Origin: Tubulanus polymorphus
Taxonomy: Eukaryota > Animalia > Nemertea
Assembly (NCBI RefSeq): GCF_964204645.1
Contig: NC_134028.1
Location: forward strand, 18,359,653-18,423,652
Reading direction: 5' to 3'
Length of the DNA stretch: 64,000 nucleotides
The number at the start of each line of letters is the position of its first letter. Within the stretch, counting starts at the first letter, position 1. The position numbers and the translations under genes are program-made. This document shows, piece after piece, positions 63,167 through 64,000 of the stretch. The notes beneath the pieces were generated by a model. The model did not search any database and was not told where the DNA came from. It worked only from the letters and a program-made list of their open reading frames with translations.

Positions 63167-64000
63167 TATGTGGGTCATGATTGTTGAGAGAAATCTTTCC
63201 CTTTATGTTTGCAAATTAGCCATTGTCCTAGTTTTAACTTCTGATTTGTACCATGTATAGGGTTTATATATCTGTTTGTACTCTTTCATAGAAATACGAC
63301 AGATATCAAATGGAATCTTTGATTTAAGACACTGTAAACCGGTCCACACTAATATGTCCATCCATCCGACCTACGAGCGATCATCTCATTAATGTGATAA
63401 TTGCTCGTAAATCCGACAGCTAAGTTTTACAACTAGAAATATATTAGATCAGATTCCTAATAATAAAATCATTACTATTAAGAATATGTTATTGATTATG
63501 GATAAATTCAAAAAGAATTGACAAAATATATTGCTTTGAATGGCCTTTAGATATTGGATAGGGCGATTTTGAATTATTTTTGGGGAATTTTATCGAGAAG
63601 CTCAAACTCCCTAAGGCGATAAATTCTTTAAGGCAGATCTTTCCCGATTATGATCCCACCATATGAATCGTTCACGAAACTTTTATGTATAAACACCTCA
63701 CAATTAACGTAATGAATCAGTGACGTCCTGTTGCACAAGCTATATTACACCATGATAAAAAGCCTATTATAGTCGAGGTGGATTTCTCGATGTATAAATG
63801 CAGGGAGGGTTGGGAGCTTTATGTTCAATAACATTAGGTTCCAATGTTTGCTCTATGGATTTCAAAATAAAAGAAAAATCTACGTTTAAACGTGATATCT
63901 GTTTCATTACTCGGGGATATATCGGGGAATCTCTGCAATAACATTGGACGATTTCAAAAATATTACAAAATGAGCAAATTGCGATTCTTAGTGATTTTTG

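Overview
This is a repeat-rich window from an AT-rich animal genome, probably an invertebrate; no intact host gene is recognisable. The main feature is a decayed endogenous Maverick/Polinton-type DNA virus (core about 4.9-26.3 kb, with related pieces to 31.75 kb). It encodes a protein-primed DNA polymerase B, a penton-like protein, a putative major capsid protein, an A32-type packaging ATPase, an rve integrase with a chromodomain and about six predicted membrane proteins, but no recognisable adenain protease. Thirteen of its gene starts are TAAATG, and five structural-block genes plus one start-mutated gene carry T-run, 6-7 nt spacer, TAAAT. That matches poxvirus late-promoter architecture and suggests a virophage-like parasite of a cytoplasmic large DNA virus. 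An intact BEL/Pao retrotransposon with identical LTRs sits inside it. An inverted copy of the polymerase 5' end terminates in a 150-bp fold-back hairpin. The rest of the window holds a young but defective Gypsy element, two Mutator-like TIR elements, RTE-X/CR1/L2 LINE fragments, Harbinger, pogo, P-element and Helitron/Helentron remnants, and MITEs. All family assignments come from motif recognition by eye, not database searches.
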